A stretch of 64,000 nucleotides of DNA from a virus. The notes beneath the pieces were generated by a model, which made no database searches, was not told where the DNA came from, and was given only the letters and a program-made list of their open reading frames with translations. The stretch lies in the IMG/VR virus record IMGVR_UViG_3300009376_000001; one strand, given 5' to 3'. A program made the position numbers and the translations under genes. Each line of letters opens with the position of its first letter. The stretch's first letter is position 1. Below, piece by piece: positions 39,651-49,300 of the stretch.

Positions 39651-40231
39651 TATGCTTGTTTTCCAAAACAGGCTACGAAAGCGATGGTGTCGATTCTAGT
39701 TCCATCATGCTCTCGACAAACGGTTGTAAAAGTACCAGCGGCTTGGGCAGGAGTAGTCGTGACATACATATACGCTCCATTAGTCTGCGTTTCTACTGTT
39801 GCTATAATCGAGTAGTATGCTGTGCTGAAATCGGTTGTAAGTATATGGTCAGTCTCACCAGTGTCCCCTCCATCAGTAACTGAATCGAAGTTCCATTCGT
39901 GTGTGCCTTCAGTAGTGCCGCCTTCATAACCGTGGGAGCCAGTCATTTCCCAGATAGCCCACGCCTTCGCCACCCCAGGTGAGTTCTTAACTAGGTCAGG
40001 CGGAACAAATAAAGACCCAGTTGCTTCCGCTTCCATATTGGCTTGTGTTGCTTCAGTTGGAGCAGTAACGGCAGCCCAAGTCAAACCTCCACCTTCTCCA
40101 GACTGCGCTTGAAGAAAATACCCATTTGTTGGAGCATTGCTTACATCGAGCTTACCTTCAACGATCGAATCGTCAGCAATAGCTAAACTCTGTAATAATT
40201 TTCCGTTAGAGTTATATACAGACCAAGGCAT
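39650..40231 (-). CDS. Short fibre protein (MPW module, connector, SPGVAKAW tip)
   Basis: Modules shared with 38385, 28775 and 31704. Confidence 0.7.
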   Translation of the reverse strand: MPWSVYNSNGKLLQSLAIADDSIVEGKLDVSNAPTNGYFLQAQSGEGGGLTWAAVTAPTEATQANMEAEATGSLFVPPDLVKNSPGVAKAWAIWEMTGSHGYEGGTTEGTHEWNFDSVTDGGDTGETDHILTTDFSTAYYSIIATVETQTNGAYMYVTTTPAQAAGTFTTVCREHDGTRIDTIAFVACFGKQA

Positions 40232-40548
40232 TAAGTAATCTCCATCCCATAGATGGTATATGTGATTGAGGTGGCTGCATCTGCTACACCTGACATCGTA
40301 TCTGAGGCTTCCATGACTATTCCACCGCTGAATTCAGCCCATCCGCCAGCCTCAATAGTCATCGTAGGTAAGATAGCTTGAGCATCAGTAGTACCATCAT
40401 GATAAAGCTTTGCGGTATGATTAGCTCCAGTATTATTTACTAGCCTAATATGCCCAATAAGAGCCGAAGTATTAGCAGGAACCGTATATAAAGTCCCAGT
40501 TGAATTGGCTAATTGGCCTTGAGCTAACTTTTTATAAGTTTCTGCCAT
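40231..40548 (-). CDS. Small beta-sandwich virion protein (MAETYKKL family)
   Basis: Paralog of 44003..44338. Confidence 0.7.
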   Translation of the reverse strand: MAETYKKLAQGQLANSTGTLYTVPANTSALIGHIRLVNNTGANHTAKLYHDGTTDAQAILPTMTIEAGGWAEFSGGIVMEASDTMSGVADAATSITYTIYGMEIT

Positions 40549-40551
40549 TAT

Positions 40552-41277
40552 TTATCCGCTCCACGTAAAGTAACCAAACGCTCTAGTACTTACAACAGTA
40601 GCTGCACCATTCGCACCTGCATCAGTTACTGCAATTCCATTACCACCAGTAAGGACACGTTCTCCTGATAAGGTTCCATTGACCCCTAAAGTTACATAAG
40701 TAGCATCAACTGGGGCAAAACTAGTTGCTCCACCACTGATAATTTCCCCACGAAATGGAACTAACACCATTTTATTGTTAGCTTCAGTAATAATTGCGAC
40801 TGGTTTAGATATTTGGTTAGTAGTACTCGGTTCAGTAGTCTGTGTACCTCCAGCAGAAGATGTAGAAAGATAAACTATATCTCCAGCAGTTGTACTATTA
40901 GGCACGGCAGCAGCAACAGTGATCTCACCTGAAGTGGCATAAGTGAAATTATTAGAATCAGTTACATCTATCACAATTCCAATGACTTCTGCATTGGCAG
41001 CAGTATCAGCTAACGCTTTGGCATAAGTATTATTAGTAGTCGTCATGCGAATAACATCGCCTACTGCAAAACCATGACTACTCTGAGCGACATCAATGTT
41101 GTTATCACCCAGATTAGTGACTATATAATCCTCTAAAACGGAAATATCCATCCGTTTTAGGACCCCAGCATCGGAGATAATAAGTTCGTCAGTGGAAACT
41201 AATCCAGCAGTTAAAGCAGTTTGAGCCGATACAAGATCGGAATCAACAAAACCACCAGCAATCGTTGTCTGTGCCAT
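40552..41277 (-). CDS. Fibre/decoration protein with QSSHG and DATYVTL modules
   Basis: Modules shared with 31704 and 34847. Confidence 0.7.
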   Translation of the reverse strand: MAQTTIAGGFVDSDLVSAQTALTAGLVSTDELIISDAGVLKRMDISVLEDYIVTNLGDNNIDVAQSSHGFAVGDVIRMTTTNNTYAKALADTAANAEVIGIVIDVTDSNNFTYATSGEITVAAAVPNSTTAGDIVYLSTSSAGGTQTTEPSTTNQISKPVAIITEANNKMVLVPFRGEIISGGATSFAPVDATYVTLGVNGTLSGERVLTGGNGIAVTDAGANGAATVVSTRAFGYFTWSG

Positions 41278-41288
41278 TTAGTTATCTC

Positions 41289-41717
41289 CTATCGTAACCA
41301 CATAATTGCGAATACTAAACTGGAAGATGGAGTATATTCGGGGTCAAATAATATTGTTGCCCCATCTACCGTAAAAGCCGTTACAGAAGCTTGCCACCCT
41401 TCTGTACTCCCTGCGGTTTGTCTATATATTTTGGTAGAATCACCCCTACCTAAGTCTGATGTACTGTAATAAACAGTAGAAGTGGCTTGAATTATCGTTC
41501 CATCCTCTTGTTCAGCAGCATATCCTCCACCAAACCCAAAATATTGGTTAGAGCCTACAAAAATACAAGCTACAGGAGTAAATCCTGCACCTGTGAGGGT
41601 GGCTGACCCATACCCCTCACCAGTAGTTCTCTCATAATATACTACTTTGGAACGAATGGAATGTTGGCTACCAACAATACCATCATCTGTTCCTGTTAAT
41701 GTTACAAGTCCACTCAT
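41289..41717 (-). CDS. Tip-domain-only protein (MSGLV family)
   Basis: Start re-called at MSGLV (GAGG RBS); TGAGFTP motif. Confidence 0.7.
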   Translation of the reverse strand: MSGLVTLTGTDDGIVGSQHSIRSKVVYYERTTGEGYGSATLTGAGFTPVACIFVGSNQYFGFGGGYAAEQEDGTIIQATSTVYYSTSDLGRGDSTKIYRQTAGSTEGWQASVTAFTVDGATILFDPEYTPSSSLVFAIMWLR

Positions 41718-41719
41718 AA

Positions 41720-42208
41720 TCACCTCATAAATAATGCAGACCATTCTAGATTAGAGGACTGCGTACCTACAGTTTCACAATGAAAGGTAGCCCCATCACT
41801 ATCCCAGCTTTTTATGGATAAATACCAAGTATGGCTTGTTCCCATCGAACATTTATATACAACTGCTCCATCGGTTCCTGACACATTCGGTACTCCCTCA
41901 GTATTATTAAATCTACCAAACTCTGTGGACGTTCCAAACCCACTTCCACGTACAGCAAAACATGCTGCAAAATCTTCTACAGGGGTATTCATTAGCCCTT
42001 GCTTGGAAGCTATGCCCATACCGAAAGCATGTGGTTGATTTGCGCCAACGATGACACAGGCAGTAGGAGCAAAACCACATCCCGTAAGACTAATATCTGC
42101 ATCACCCTGACCATAAGCATGTTGATACGCTATCAATTTGGTTTGAAGGGTGCGTACATCCCCAATTACTCCATCATATACCCCGTCTATTCCTACTAAT
42201 CCGCTCAT
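41720..42208 (-). CDS. Tip-domain-only protein (MSGLV family)
   Basis: Start re-called at MSGLV (GAGG RBS); TGCGFAP motif. Confidence 0.7.
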   Translation of the reverse strand: MSGLVGIDGVYDGVIGDVRTLQTKLIAYQHAYGQGDADISLTGCGFAPTACVIVGANQPHAFGMGIASKQGLMNTPVEDFAACFAVRGSGFGTSTEFGRFNNTEGVPNVSGTDGAVVYKCSMGTSHTWYLSIKSWDSDGATFHCETVGTQSSNLEWSALFMR

Positions 42209-42210
42209 AA

Positions 42211-42699
42211 TTACCTCAACATTAATGTTCGACAAAATCCTGTCGATGAAGTTGCTACTGGTCTGTGCCAATATATATCCACACCAGAAGTATTAAGAGC
42301 AGTTATCTTATATTGCCACATATAGTTAGAACCAGCAGTTTGTCTATACATTTGACCTTCATTGCTAGGGCTACTATCATTATGACTTATCCACGGGCCT
42401 TCCCATCTCCCCCAATCCGAAGTAGCATTTCGTACACTAGAAGTTGAATTTCCTATGCTATTATTACTGCCAGAAGCTAAAGGTGTACTAGAAAAGATGC
42501 CCCAGCCTACACCATAAATGGTAGAAGTGCCATTACAACCCATATTAACTCCTGCTTTGGGTTGAAAATCTAGACTATAGGAAACTGTCCCAGTACTTTC
42601 TGACTGTGTACGAGAAACATCAAGTGCATCTACTCGTACTCTTCCACCATCTCCCACCAATGCTGATTTAGAACCTTTATGTCCTACTAATGCACTCAT
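42211..42699 (-). CDS. Tip-domain-only protein (MSALV family)
   Basis: FQPKA, GR and YRQTAGS shared with 41289. Confidence 0.65.
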   Translation of the reverse strand: MSALVGHKGSKSALVGDGGRVRVDALDVSRTQSESTGTVSYSLDFQPKAGVNMGCNGTSTIYGVGWGIFSSTPLASGSNNSIGNSTSSVRNATSDWGRWEGPWISHNDSSPSNEGQMYRQTAGSNYMWQYKITALNTSGVDIYWHRPVATSSTGFCRTLMLR

Positions 42700-42700
42700 G

Positions 42701-43372
42701 TTATGGCACCTGTCTTAACATACTACAGACGACATCCATTTCTACAGAAGCAGCTTGGTCAAATACCAATTCTTCATTAGCTACTAAAATAATTTTATCT
42801 GAATGCTCAAAGGTTGATGCTGCTGGAATAGATTGGTCTTCATAAATCTTAAATGCCGTACCACCACTATTTCTAACATATGCGTCAAATGTCGTTGCCG
42901 TATTTACATCTTTATTACACACAGTAAACGCTAATACTGTTTTAATGTCAGTTACGTTATCTGGCGTTATCGGTGCTGCACTTCCACTAGTATCGTGAAG
43001 AATAACCCTATCTAAATAATCAGAACCAGAAGAAGTGGCTACGGCAGTTTGCTTTAATGCACTGACAACCATATTGCAAGTAACAGCAGCACTTGTTTGG
43101 AATACTAAAGTATCATTCTGTTTTAAGACAATTTTAGAATTGTGAATGAAAGTACTTTTTGCTGGAAGGGATTGATTCAAATAAATATAGCCATCTGTGC
43201 CCCCCGATACATCTATACGCAAATCAAAGGTAGTATCCGTACTAGCATGAGTATTACAAATAGATATTGAGAGGACAGTTAGCACTTCAGCAGAACCTAA
43301 AGCATCAGTAATTGTCTCATCAGTGTTTGCTGAAGCTTCCGTACTAAATTTATTAACTAACGTATCTGCCAT
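42701..43372 (-). CDS. Two-domain beta-sandwich virion protein
   Basis: Internal tandem repeat TVL...CN.....TTFD.....G....IY..QS.PA.STF.H..KI.L. Confidence 0.7.
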   Translation of the reverse strand: MADTLVNKFSTEASANTDETITDALGSAEVLTVLSISICNTHASTDTTFDLRIDVSGGTDGYIYLNQSLPAKSTFIHNSKIVLKQNDTLVFQTSAAVTCNMVVSALKQTAVATSSGSDYLDRVILHDTSGSAAPITPDNVTDIKTVLAFTVCNKDVNTATTFDAYVRNSGGTAFKIYEDQSIPAASTFEHSDKIILVANEELVFDQAASVEMDVVCSMLRQVP

Positions 43373-43373
43373 G

Positions 43374-44003
43374 TTAGCCTCCTAACGCTATTACCATGCC
43401 AAGTCCTACACCAGCCGAAGCGTACTTTAGACCAGTGGCTTCACCAGAATCAGCTACAAGGGCCAAACCATTAGCCCCTACAGCTAATACGCTTGGATTT
43501 CCAGTACCATCTCCAACCAACAATCCACCTTTAGTGGACATATCGACGGCTGTAACATCGTTTTGACCATTACCAATCAATGCACCATTCTGAGTTAACG
43601 TACTTACACCAGTACCGCCATCTGATACAGGAACATCAGTTCCTTGTGCTCGATAAACAGCATTTCCTTCAATAGTGATATCACCTGAGCTAGCTCTCGC
43701 AATAGTGGTGTCTGTAGCATGTCCTAATTCAATACCTGTAAATTGAGGACTATTGCCTGTACCAACCCCTATGCTAGTACGGAGCGTAGCACCAGATTCA
43801 GCTACCGGATCGGTCGTACCGTCACCAACAATCAATTCACCATCAGCAAGGACAGCCATAGCTGTTATTGCGCCTGTTCCACTTCCAAGCAGGACACCGC
43901 CATCAGTAAGGCTAGTGGCCCCAGTCCCGCCATCAGTAACAGCCTGCGTACCTCTTGCTTGTGATAGATAATTTCCATTTGAGTCATAAAAATACCAGGG
44001 CAT
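43374..44003 (-). CDS. Fibre protein (MPW module; V.DGGTG repeats)
   Basis: Gly-rich V.DGGTG and VGDGT repeats; C-terminal GMVIALGG. Confidence 0.7.
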   Translation of the reverse strand: MPWYFYDSNGNYLSQARGTQAVTDGGTGATSLTDGGVLLGSGTGAITAMAVLADGELIVGDGTTDPVAESGATLRTSIGVGTGNSPQFTGIELGHATDTTIARASSGDITIEGNAVYRAQGTDVPVSDGGTGVSTLTQNGALIGNGQNDVTAVDMSTKGGLLVGDGTGNPSVLAVGANGLALVADSGEATGLKYASAGVGLGMVIALGG

Positions 44004-44338
44004 TACGTTAACTCCATTCCATAAACTACATAATTGATATCACTAGCGTTTTCACATTGAATCTGAAGGAAATCAGCTGCTTCCATGATTATGGTCCCTT
44101 CAAATTCCGCCCAACCGCCAGCTTGTACTGTAGTTTGAGGTAAAATTTGATTCCCCGTGCCTGCCGTTCCTCCCGAATCTAAGTGATATAGCTTCACATG
44201 ACAGCTATTGCCTGTATCAACATTAGTAAGCCTAATGTGCTTTACAATAGCACTCGTATTCGCTGGACAGGTATACATCGTATTAGCATTGGTATCGCCA
44301 ATAAGAGCCTGACCCAATTTTTTATATGTTTCCGCCAT
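44003..44338 (-). CDS. Small beta-sandwich virion protein (MAETYKKL family)
   Basis: Paralog of 40231..40548. Confidence 0.7.
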   Translation of the reverse strand: MAETYKKLGQALIGDTNANTMYTCPANTSAIVKHIRLTNVDTGNSCHVKLYHLDSGGTAGTGNQILPQTTVQAGGWAEFEGTIIMEAADFLQIQCENASDINYVVYGMELT

Positions 44339-44347
44339 ATCCTTCTC

Positions 44348-44695
44348 CTATGAAATGAAGAACGAAAAGCTAGTTGTAGCTAGTTTTGCACTCGTCACCG
44401 TCCCATCAGATGGGACACCAATGTCTAGAGTATCTCCCAAAGAAACGGCCCAAAAATCAGTGTTAGCGACAGGAGCCGTAGTAAAGGTTATTGCTCCTGC
44501 ACTTACGGTATATGCAGTAACTGGTTCCTGCACAACACCACCTAACGACACAATCATCGTAGATGGACTCGTAGGATATACAGCTACAGAATCCGCTGTA
44601 AGATTAAAAGTAGTGGTAGATCCATTAAAACTACTACTTATATCATCAAGCCTCTGATAATTTCCATGTTCTGGTTCTTTACCTATATATGGCAT
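44348..44695 (-). CDS. MPYIG-module virion protein
   Basis: LDDISS.FNGST..F.L...GV.QEP module shared with the N-terminus of 31704. Confidence 0.7.
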   Translation of the reverse strand: MPYIGKEPEHGNYQRLDDISSSFNGSTTTFNLTADSVAVYPTSPSTMIVSLGGVVQEPVTAYTVSAGAITFTTAPVANTDFWAVSLGDTLDIGVPSDGTVTSAKLATTSFSFFIS

Positions 44696-44696
44696 T

Positions 44697-45065
44697 CTAT
44701 GTATTCTCCAATATGCTTAGGGTTACATCTAATGCACTAGCTGTATCACATCGTACCTGAACTGTATCTCCCGTGCCTGAGCCTGTATTAGCTACCACTA
44801 CTTTACCCGAAATGATTTCAAGAGATGACCCAGCAGGTACTTGTACTCCCTTAACTAGATAAACATTCTCCCCTTGACCACTTTGAACTTCGATCATCAC
44901 ATCAGCATTAACACTTTGACCTATTTTATTGGTTAAAAGCATTCCGATAATTACAGTATCGCAATTAGCAGGAACAGTATACAAATCACTGTTAGCATTA
45001 CTTGTATTAGGCAAAGCAGTAGTGATTACATCTGCCATTGTTGCTCGTTTAAACTCAGTTGCCAT
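44697..45065 (-). CDS. Small beta-sandwich virion protein
   Basis: LYTVPA...IG..L.N, VP.GSSLE..GKVV, LDVTLSILE. Confidence 0.7.
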   Translation of the reverse strand: MATEFKRATMADVITTALPNTSNANSDLYTVPANCDTVIIGMLLTNKIGQSVNADVMIEVQSGQGENVYLVKGVQVPAGSSLEIISGKVVVANTGSGTGDTVQVRCDTASALDVTLSILENT

Positions 45066-45075
45066 TTATATCTCC

Positions 45076-47112
45076 TTACAATGCAACTGCCATTGCGATG
45101 GCGAATGATTCCGAAGCTCCAGCAGCACTAGAAGCTTCCCATGTCATCCCACCAGTGTTACCTGACCTAGCAGTTAAGACATATCCATTAGTGGGAGCAT
45201 TACTGACCTGCAATTTGGCTTCATTGATGGCCTGGTCTGCGATGTATGTTTGAGCAATCGCTGTACCTTGCCACACGCCAGTACCGATTGTACCAACTGT
45301 TACAAGATTCGCAGCAGCAGTAATAGCAGCTTGAGTACCGCCTGTAACCGTAGCTGCCGTACCTGAAGCGTTACCTGTGACGTTACCAGTCAATGGACCT
45401 GTAAATCCTGTTGCCGTAAGCATCCCAGTACCTGCATTGTAAGTAATTCCGGCATCAGTCTTGGGAGCTAGATCTCCGGTAGCACTCTCAAATAACGCTA
45501 CGAAAGAAGTAGTATCAGTAGTATCAGCAACCGTAATCGTAGCGGGTACAATGTTCGCTGAACCGTCAAAGGATGTACCTCCAATCGTCCTAGCCGTCGC
45601 CAAAGCAGTCGCTGTGGCTGCCAAAGCCACTGATATATTTGCGGAACCATCAAAAGATGTTCCACCAATAGTCCTTGCTGTCTCTAAAGTGGTAGCGGTA
45701 GTAGCATTACCTTCTAATGCAGCTACTATTGTTCCCGCAGAACCAGAAAATACTTCAGAACTGTTCGTAGCATCGGGAATAAAAGTAAATTTGCCAGTAG
45801 AATCATCAAATCCGAAGAAACCTACTTTAGCTGCGCTCCCATTATGCCATCTAAATTCAATACCACGGTCTTTATTATCATCAGAACTAGGGGCAGAATC
45901 ACCACCTATCGTAAAAATAGGGTCATCAACGGTTACTGTTGTAGAATTTACCGTCGTTGTAGTCCCATTAACCGTTAAATTACCCGCAGTAATGGTTCCT
46001 GTAGTAGTAATAGCACTGGAACCTACGTCAATAGACCCAAATCCACTAGTAATACTGCCTGCATCTAAGGCTCCTACAGTAGTTACGTTAGATAATGTAT
46101 CTAAAGCAGACTCAAAATAGGTTTCAAAGTCTGTAAGAGCCACCTGAACCATTGTTCCGGCATCATTGACTACTACTCTATCCGCATCAGCTAATGTAGT
46201 AGAAGTAGCAGAAGTATTTCCATCTATAATATTTAATTCAGCGGTAGTTACTGAAGCTCCATCAAGGATTTCTAACTCCGCCTCAGTAATTACTGCACTT
46301 CCAATAGTAAAACCACCCGCAGTCACAACTCCTGAAGTGGTAATAGTCGAAGATCCAACGTTTATGGAGCCAAAATTAGAGGTAATCGATCCAGCATCTA
46401 AGGCTCCAACCGATGTAATATTGGTCTGAGAAGCAGTTTGCAGTGTTCCAGCTAGTTGAGTAGCAGTTAATCGTCCTGTGGAGGGATTATAGTGAAAATC
46501 CCCATCCATTTCTAAACCATGAGTGCCTGTAGCGGTAGCTGCACCTGCAACAAAGGAGATTAAATTATTTTCATTAGTATTTTCATTATCAGTAACTGTA
46601 ACTGTCGATGAAGAAGAAGACGCTGCAATAGTAACTGTATCTGTACTAGCATTTGTAGTCAGAGTAATGTTAGTTCCTGCTGCCAACGTCAATGTATCAG
46701 TTTCAGCATCTGCTACTACAGTACTTTGCCCTGAAACGGCAACATTGGAGAAAGCGTTCTGGTTGGCTTCACCTCCTTCGGATTGACCTTCAGTTAAGTT
46801 ATATTCCGTCCCACCATCATTTTTAAAGTAGATTTTACTATCGCTAGACTTAATATAAATAGCTCCAAACCCACTAGCAGGAGTACTTGGAGCCGAAATT
46901 TCCGCAACAGTCAGATGATCTGAAAAGGTCTTATTGCTTAATGTTTGGGCAATCGTATTACCAGCAACTATGTTCCACGAATCACTATCCCAGATGTATA
47001 AATCATCGGTATTAGTCTCATGGAACGTAGTACCCGTAATAAGGTTACTTGTAGGCTTAGTATCACTACTAAGCCCTGTCATTCGGTTTCCTGCGTATCT
47101 AGTTATTGCCAT
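45076..47112 (-). CDS. Long fibre protein (MAIT module)
   Basis: ARTIGGTSFDGSANI repeats, VNGTTTTVNST-KDRGIEF module, connector, AIAMAVAL end. Confidence 0.75.
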   Translation of the reverse strand: MAITRYAGNRMTGLSSDTKPTSNLITGTTFHETNTDDLYIWDSDSWNIVAGNTIAQTLSNKTFSDHLTVAEISAPSTPASGFGAIYIKSSDSKIYFKNDGGTEYNLTEGQSEGGEANQNAFSNVAVSGQSTVVADAETDTLTLAAGTNITLTTNASTDTVTIAASSSSSTVTVTDNENTNENNLISFVAGAATATGTHGLEMDGDFHYNPSTGRLTATQLAGTLQTASQTNITSVGALDAGSITSNFGSINVGSSTITTSGVVTAGGFTIGSAVITEAELEILDGASVTTAELNIIDGNTSATSTTLADADRVVVNDAGTMVQVALTDFETYFESALDTLSNVTTVGALDAGSITSGFGSIDVGSSAITTTGTITAGNLTVNGTTTTVNSTTVTVDDPIFTIGGDSAPSSDDNKDRGIEFRWHNGSAAKVGFFGFDDSTGKFTFIPDATNSSEVFSGSAGTIVAALEGNATTATTLETARTIGGTSFDGSANISVALAATATALATARTIGGTSFDGSANIVPATITVADTTDTTSFVALFESATGDLAPKTDAGITYNAGTGMLTATGFTGPLTGNVTGNASGTAATVTGGTQAAITAAANLVTVGTIGTGVWQGTAIAQTYIADQAINEAKLQVSNAPTNGYVLTARSGNTGGMTWEASSAAGASESFAIAMAVAL

Positions 47113-49300
47113 TTACAGGACTCCATTGCATAGGTACTTCAAAAGAATGTCCACACCAAAGGTCTAAGACCATAACTCCTCGTTCAAAATCATATAATGG
47201 GTCTTTCGCTCCGTCTTTACGCCCACATTGAGCACACACTGCTCTAGGAGAGGTGATTTCGACCTCTTGAATCGATCCACCCTTCTGTAATTTCACAGCC
47301 ATAGCATTATTATTCGCATCAACCTGCTTTAAGTACATACGAGCATATTCAGTACTAGGATCGGCAGCAGCAGCTTTCTGTTGAAACTCTAAATACGCCC
47401 CATTATCCGCAGTACTGCCAATAATTACACCATCAGTTCCCTTACTCTTTAACGTAAGCGCAATATTCGTATCATCCCCAGTGGCTGAAACACTGGGACT
47501 GCCATTAGCTGCTGTATTTGCAACCGTAAGTTCATTAACTGCCGAAGAAACCGAATCAAATATCAGTACTTGAAGTCCCGCTGCATCGGCAATGAAGCCT
47601 CCATCAGCAAATTTAGGAGCAGTTAGAGTTTTAGCAGTCAATGTTTGCGTGGCTGACACTGTAACTATGTCTGCGCCACCTACGGTGCCAGCATCCGCAG
47701 TCAGAGTATCGATATTAGCAGTACCATCGATAAATAAATCTTGCCATTCTAAAGAAGCTGTGCCTAAATCTCTAGCACCATCACTAGATGGGACTAAATC
47801 ACTATCAAATCTACCTGTAGCAGTGATTGTGTCACTAGTAGCGTTACCTAAATCAATGTCACCATTGAGAGTTGTAGCTCCTGATACTGTAATAGCTGAT
47901 AAAGTTCCTACAGATGTGATGTTAGCTTGAGCAGCTGTAGTCAAAGTTCCAGCAATATCACCAAATGTGGCATTTATTACTGTTCCAGAGAACACTTCAG
48001 AGCTATTAGTCGCTCCGGTAAACCCTGTAAATACTCCTGCGGAGTCATCATAACCAAAGAAACCAACCGCTGCAGCCGATCCTGTATGATAACGGAACTC
48101 AATTCCCCTATCTTTATCATCATCTGAGCCAGGTGCAGAGTCTCCGCCAAGGGTAAGTACCGGATCATCAACTGTTGTTACTGTCGAATTTACCGTAGTA
48201 GTGGTTCCATTTACTATTAAATTACCAGTAACAGTTAGAACACCGCCTACTGTGACGTTATTAGGCAATCCAACAGTAACTGTTCCACCCGATTGAGCCA
48301 CAGTAGTTTCATTTGCTGTAGCTGCGAAAGTTAATGTACCACCTGGAGCAATATTTGAAGCAGTAGACCCATCCGTAACTGCTATTGAAGGACCAGAAAG
48401 CTTACCATTAGCTATACTTCCCGCCAACATTGCATTAGTCACGCCCGAAGCTTTTACACGGATAGCATCACTATTGGTTTCAATAGAACTATCATCCACA
48501 TTTATAGCTAAAACTTGGGAAGATAAAGCTAATCCATCACCTGCAACCGCAGATTTTAGCCTCAAACCACTAGAATCTTCTATAGCAGAGGTACTTGCAA
48601 GTTGAACGGCTGATCCTGAAACCTTATTTCCTGTAGTAATAGTAGCTAATTTAGTATCAACTATCGCTGCAGAAGCCTTAATATCTGCATTTACGATATT
48701 AGTAATAGTATTACTATCAGAATCTATAGTCTTATTCGTTAATGTGGCAGCAAACGCATTAAAAGTGAACGTGTCATTTCCCGTAAGCAACGGTAATGTT
48801 ACTGTCCTATCAGCTGCTAGTTCATTAACTCCAAAAACATACTGATGATTAGCCGAAGTGTCATTAATCTGAGGGGTAGTCAGAACAGGACTAGTTAATG
48901 TTTTATTGGTTAATATATCAGTAGTGGCTTTACCGACTAAAGTATCAGTTGCATCAGGTATTGAAATTGTTCGATCACCTGTTGGATCTACAACAGTTAA
49001 TATCGTTTCATTAGTATTGTCTGTAGCACCTTCAAATATGATGGTTGCATCTTCTAACATACTTAAAGATGTACCCACCGTAGGTGTATTTAGAACAGGA
49101 CTAGTTAATGTTTTATTAGAAAGAGTTTGAGCAATTGTATCTCCAGCAATTACATTCCACGAATCCCCATCCCACTGATACATATCATCTGTATCAGTCT
49201 CAAGGAATGTAGTTCCGGTCAACAAATAGGTTGTTGTTAAACTAGCCCGATCACTGGCTAATCCCGCAATATTATTACCAGCTAGATACGTGATAGCCAT
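47099..49300 (-). CDS. Long fibre protein (MAIT module) with C-terminal CxxC/CxH domain
   Basis: LTNKTLTSP repeats, KDRGIEF module, CAQC...WCGH. Confidence 0.75.
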   Translation of the reverse strand: MAITYLAGNNIAGLASDRASLTTTYLLTGTTFLETDTDDMYQWDGDSWNVIAGDTIAQTLSNKTLTSPVLNTPTVGTSLSMLEDATIIFEGATDNTNETILTVVDPTGDRTISIPDATDTLVGKATTDILTNKTLTSPVLTTPQINDTSANHQYVFGVNELAADRTVTLPLLTGNDTFTFNAFAATLTNKTIDSDSNTITNIVNADIKASAAIVDTKLATITTGNKVSGSAVQLASTSAIEDSSGLRLKSAVAGDGLALSSQVLAINVDDSSIETNSDAIRVKASGVTNAMLAGSIANGKLSGPSIAVTDGSTASNIAPGGTLTFAATANETTVAQSGGTVTVGLPNNVTVGGVLTVTGNLIVNGTTTTVNSTVTTVDDPVLTLGGDSAPGSDDDKDRGIEFRYHTGSAAAVGFFGYDDSAGVFTGFTGATNSSEVFSGTVINATFGDIAGTLTTAAQANITSVGTLSAITVSGATTLNGDIDLGNATSDTITATGRFDSDLVPSSDGARDLGTASLEWQDLFIDGTANIDTLTADAGTVGGADIVTVSATQTLTAKTLTAPKFADGGFIADAAGLQVLIFDSVSSAVNELTVANTAANGSPSVSATGDDTNIALTLKSKGTDGVIIGSTADNGAYLEFQQKAAAADPSTEYARMYLKQVDANNNAMAVKLQKGGSIQEVEITSPRAVCAQCGRKDGAKDPLYDFERGVMVLDLWCGHSFEVPMQWSPVNGNN

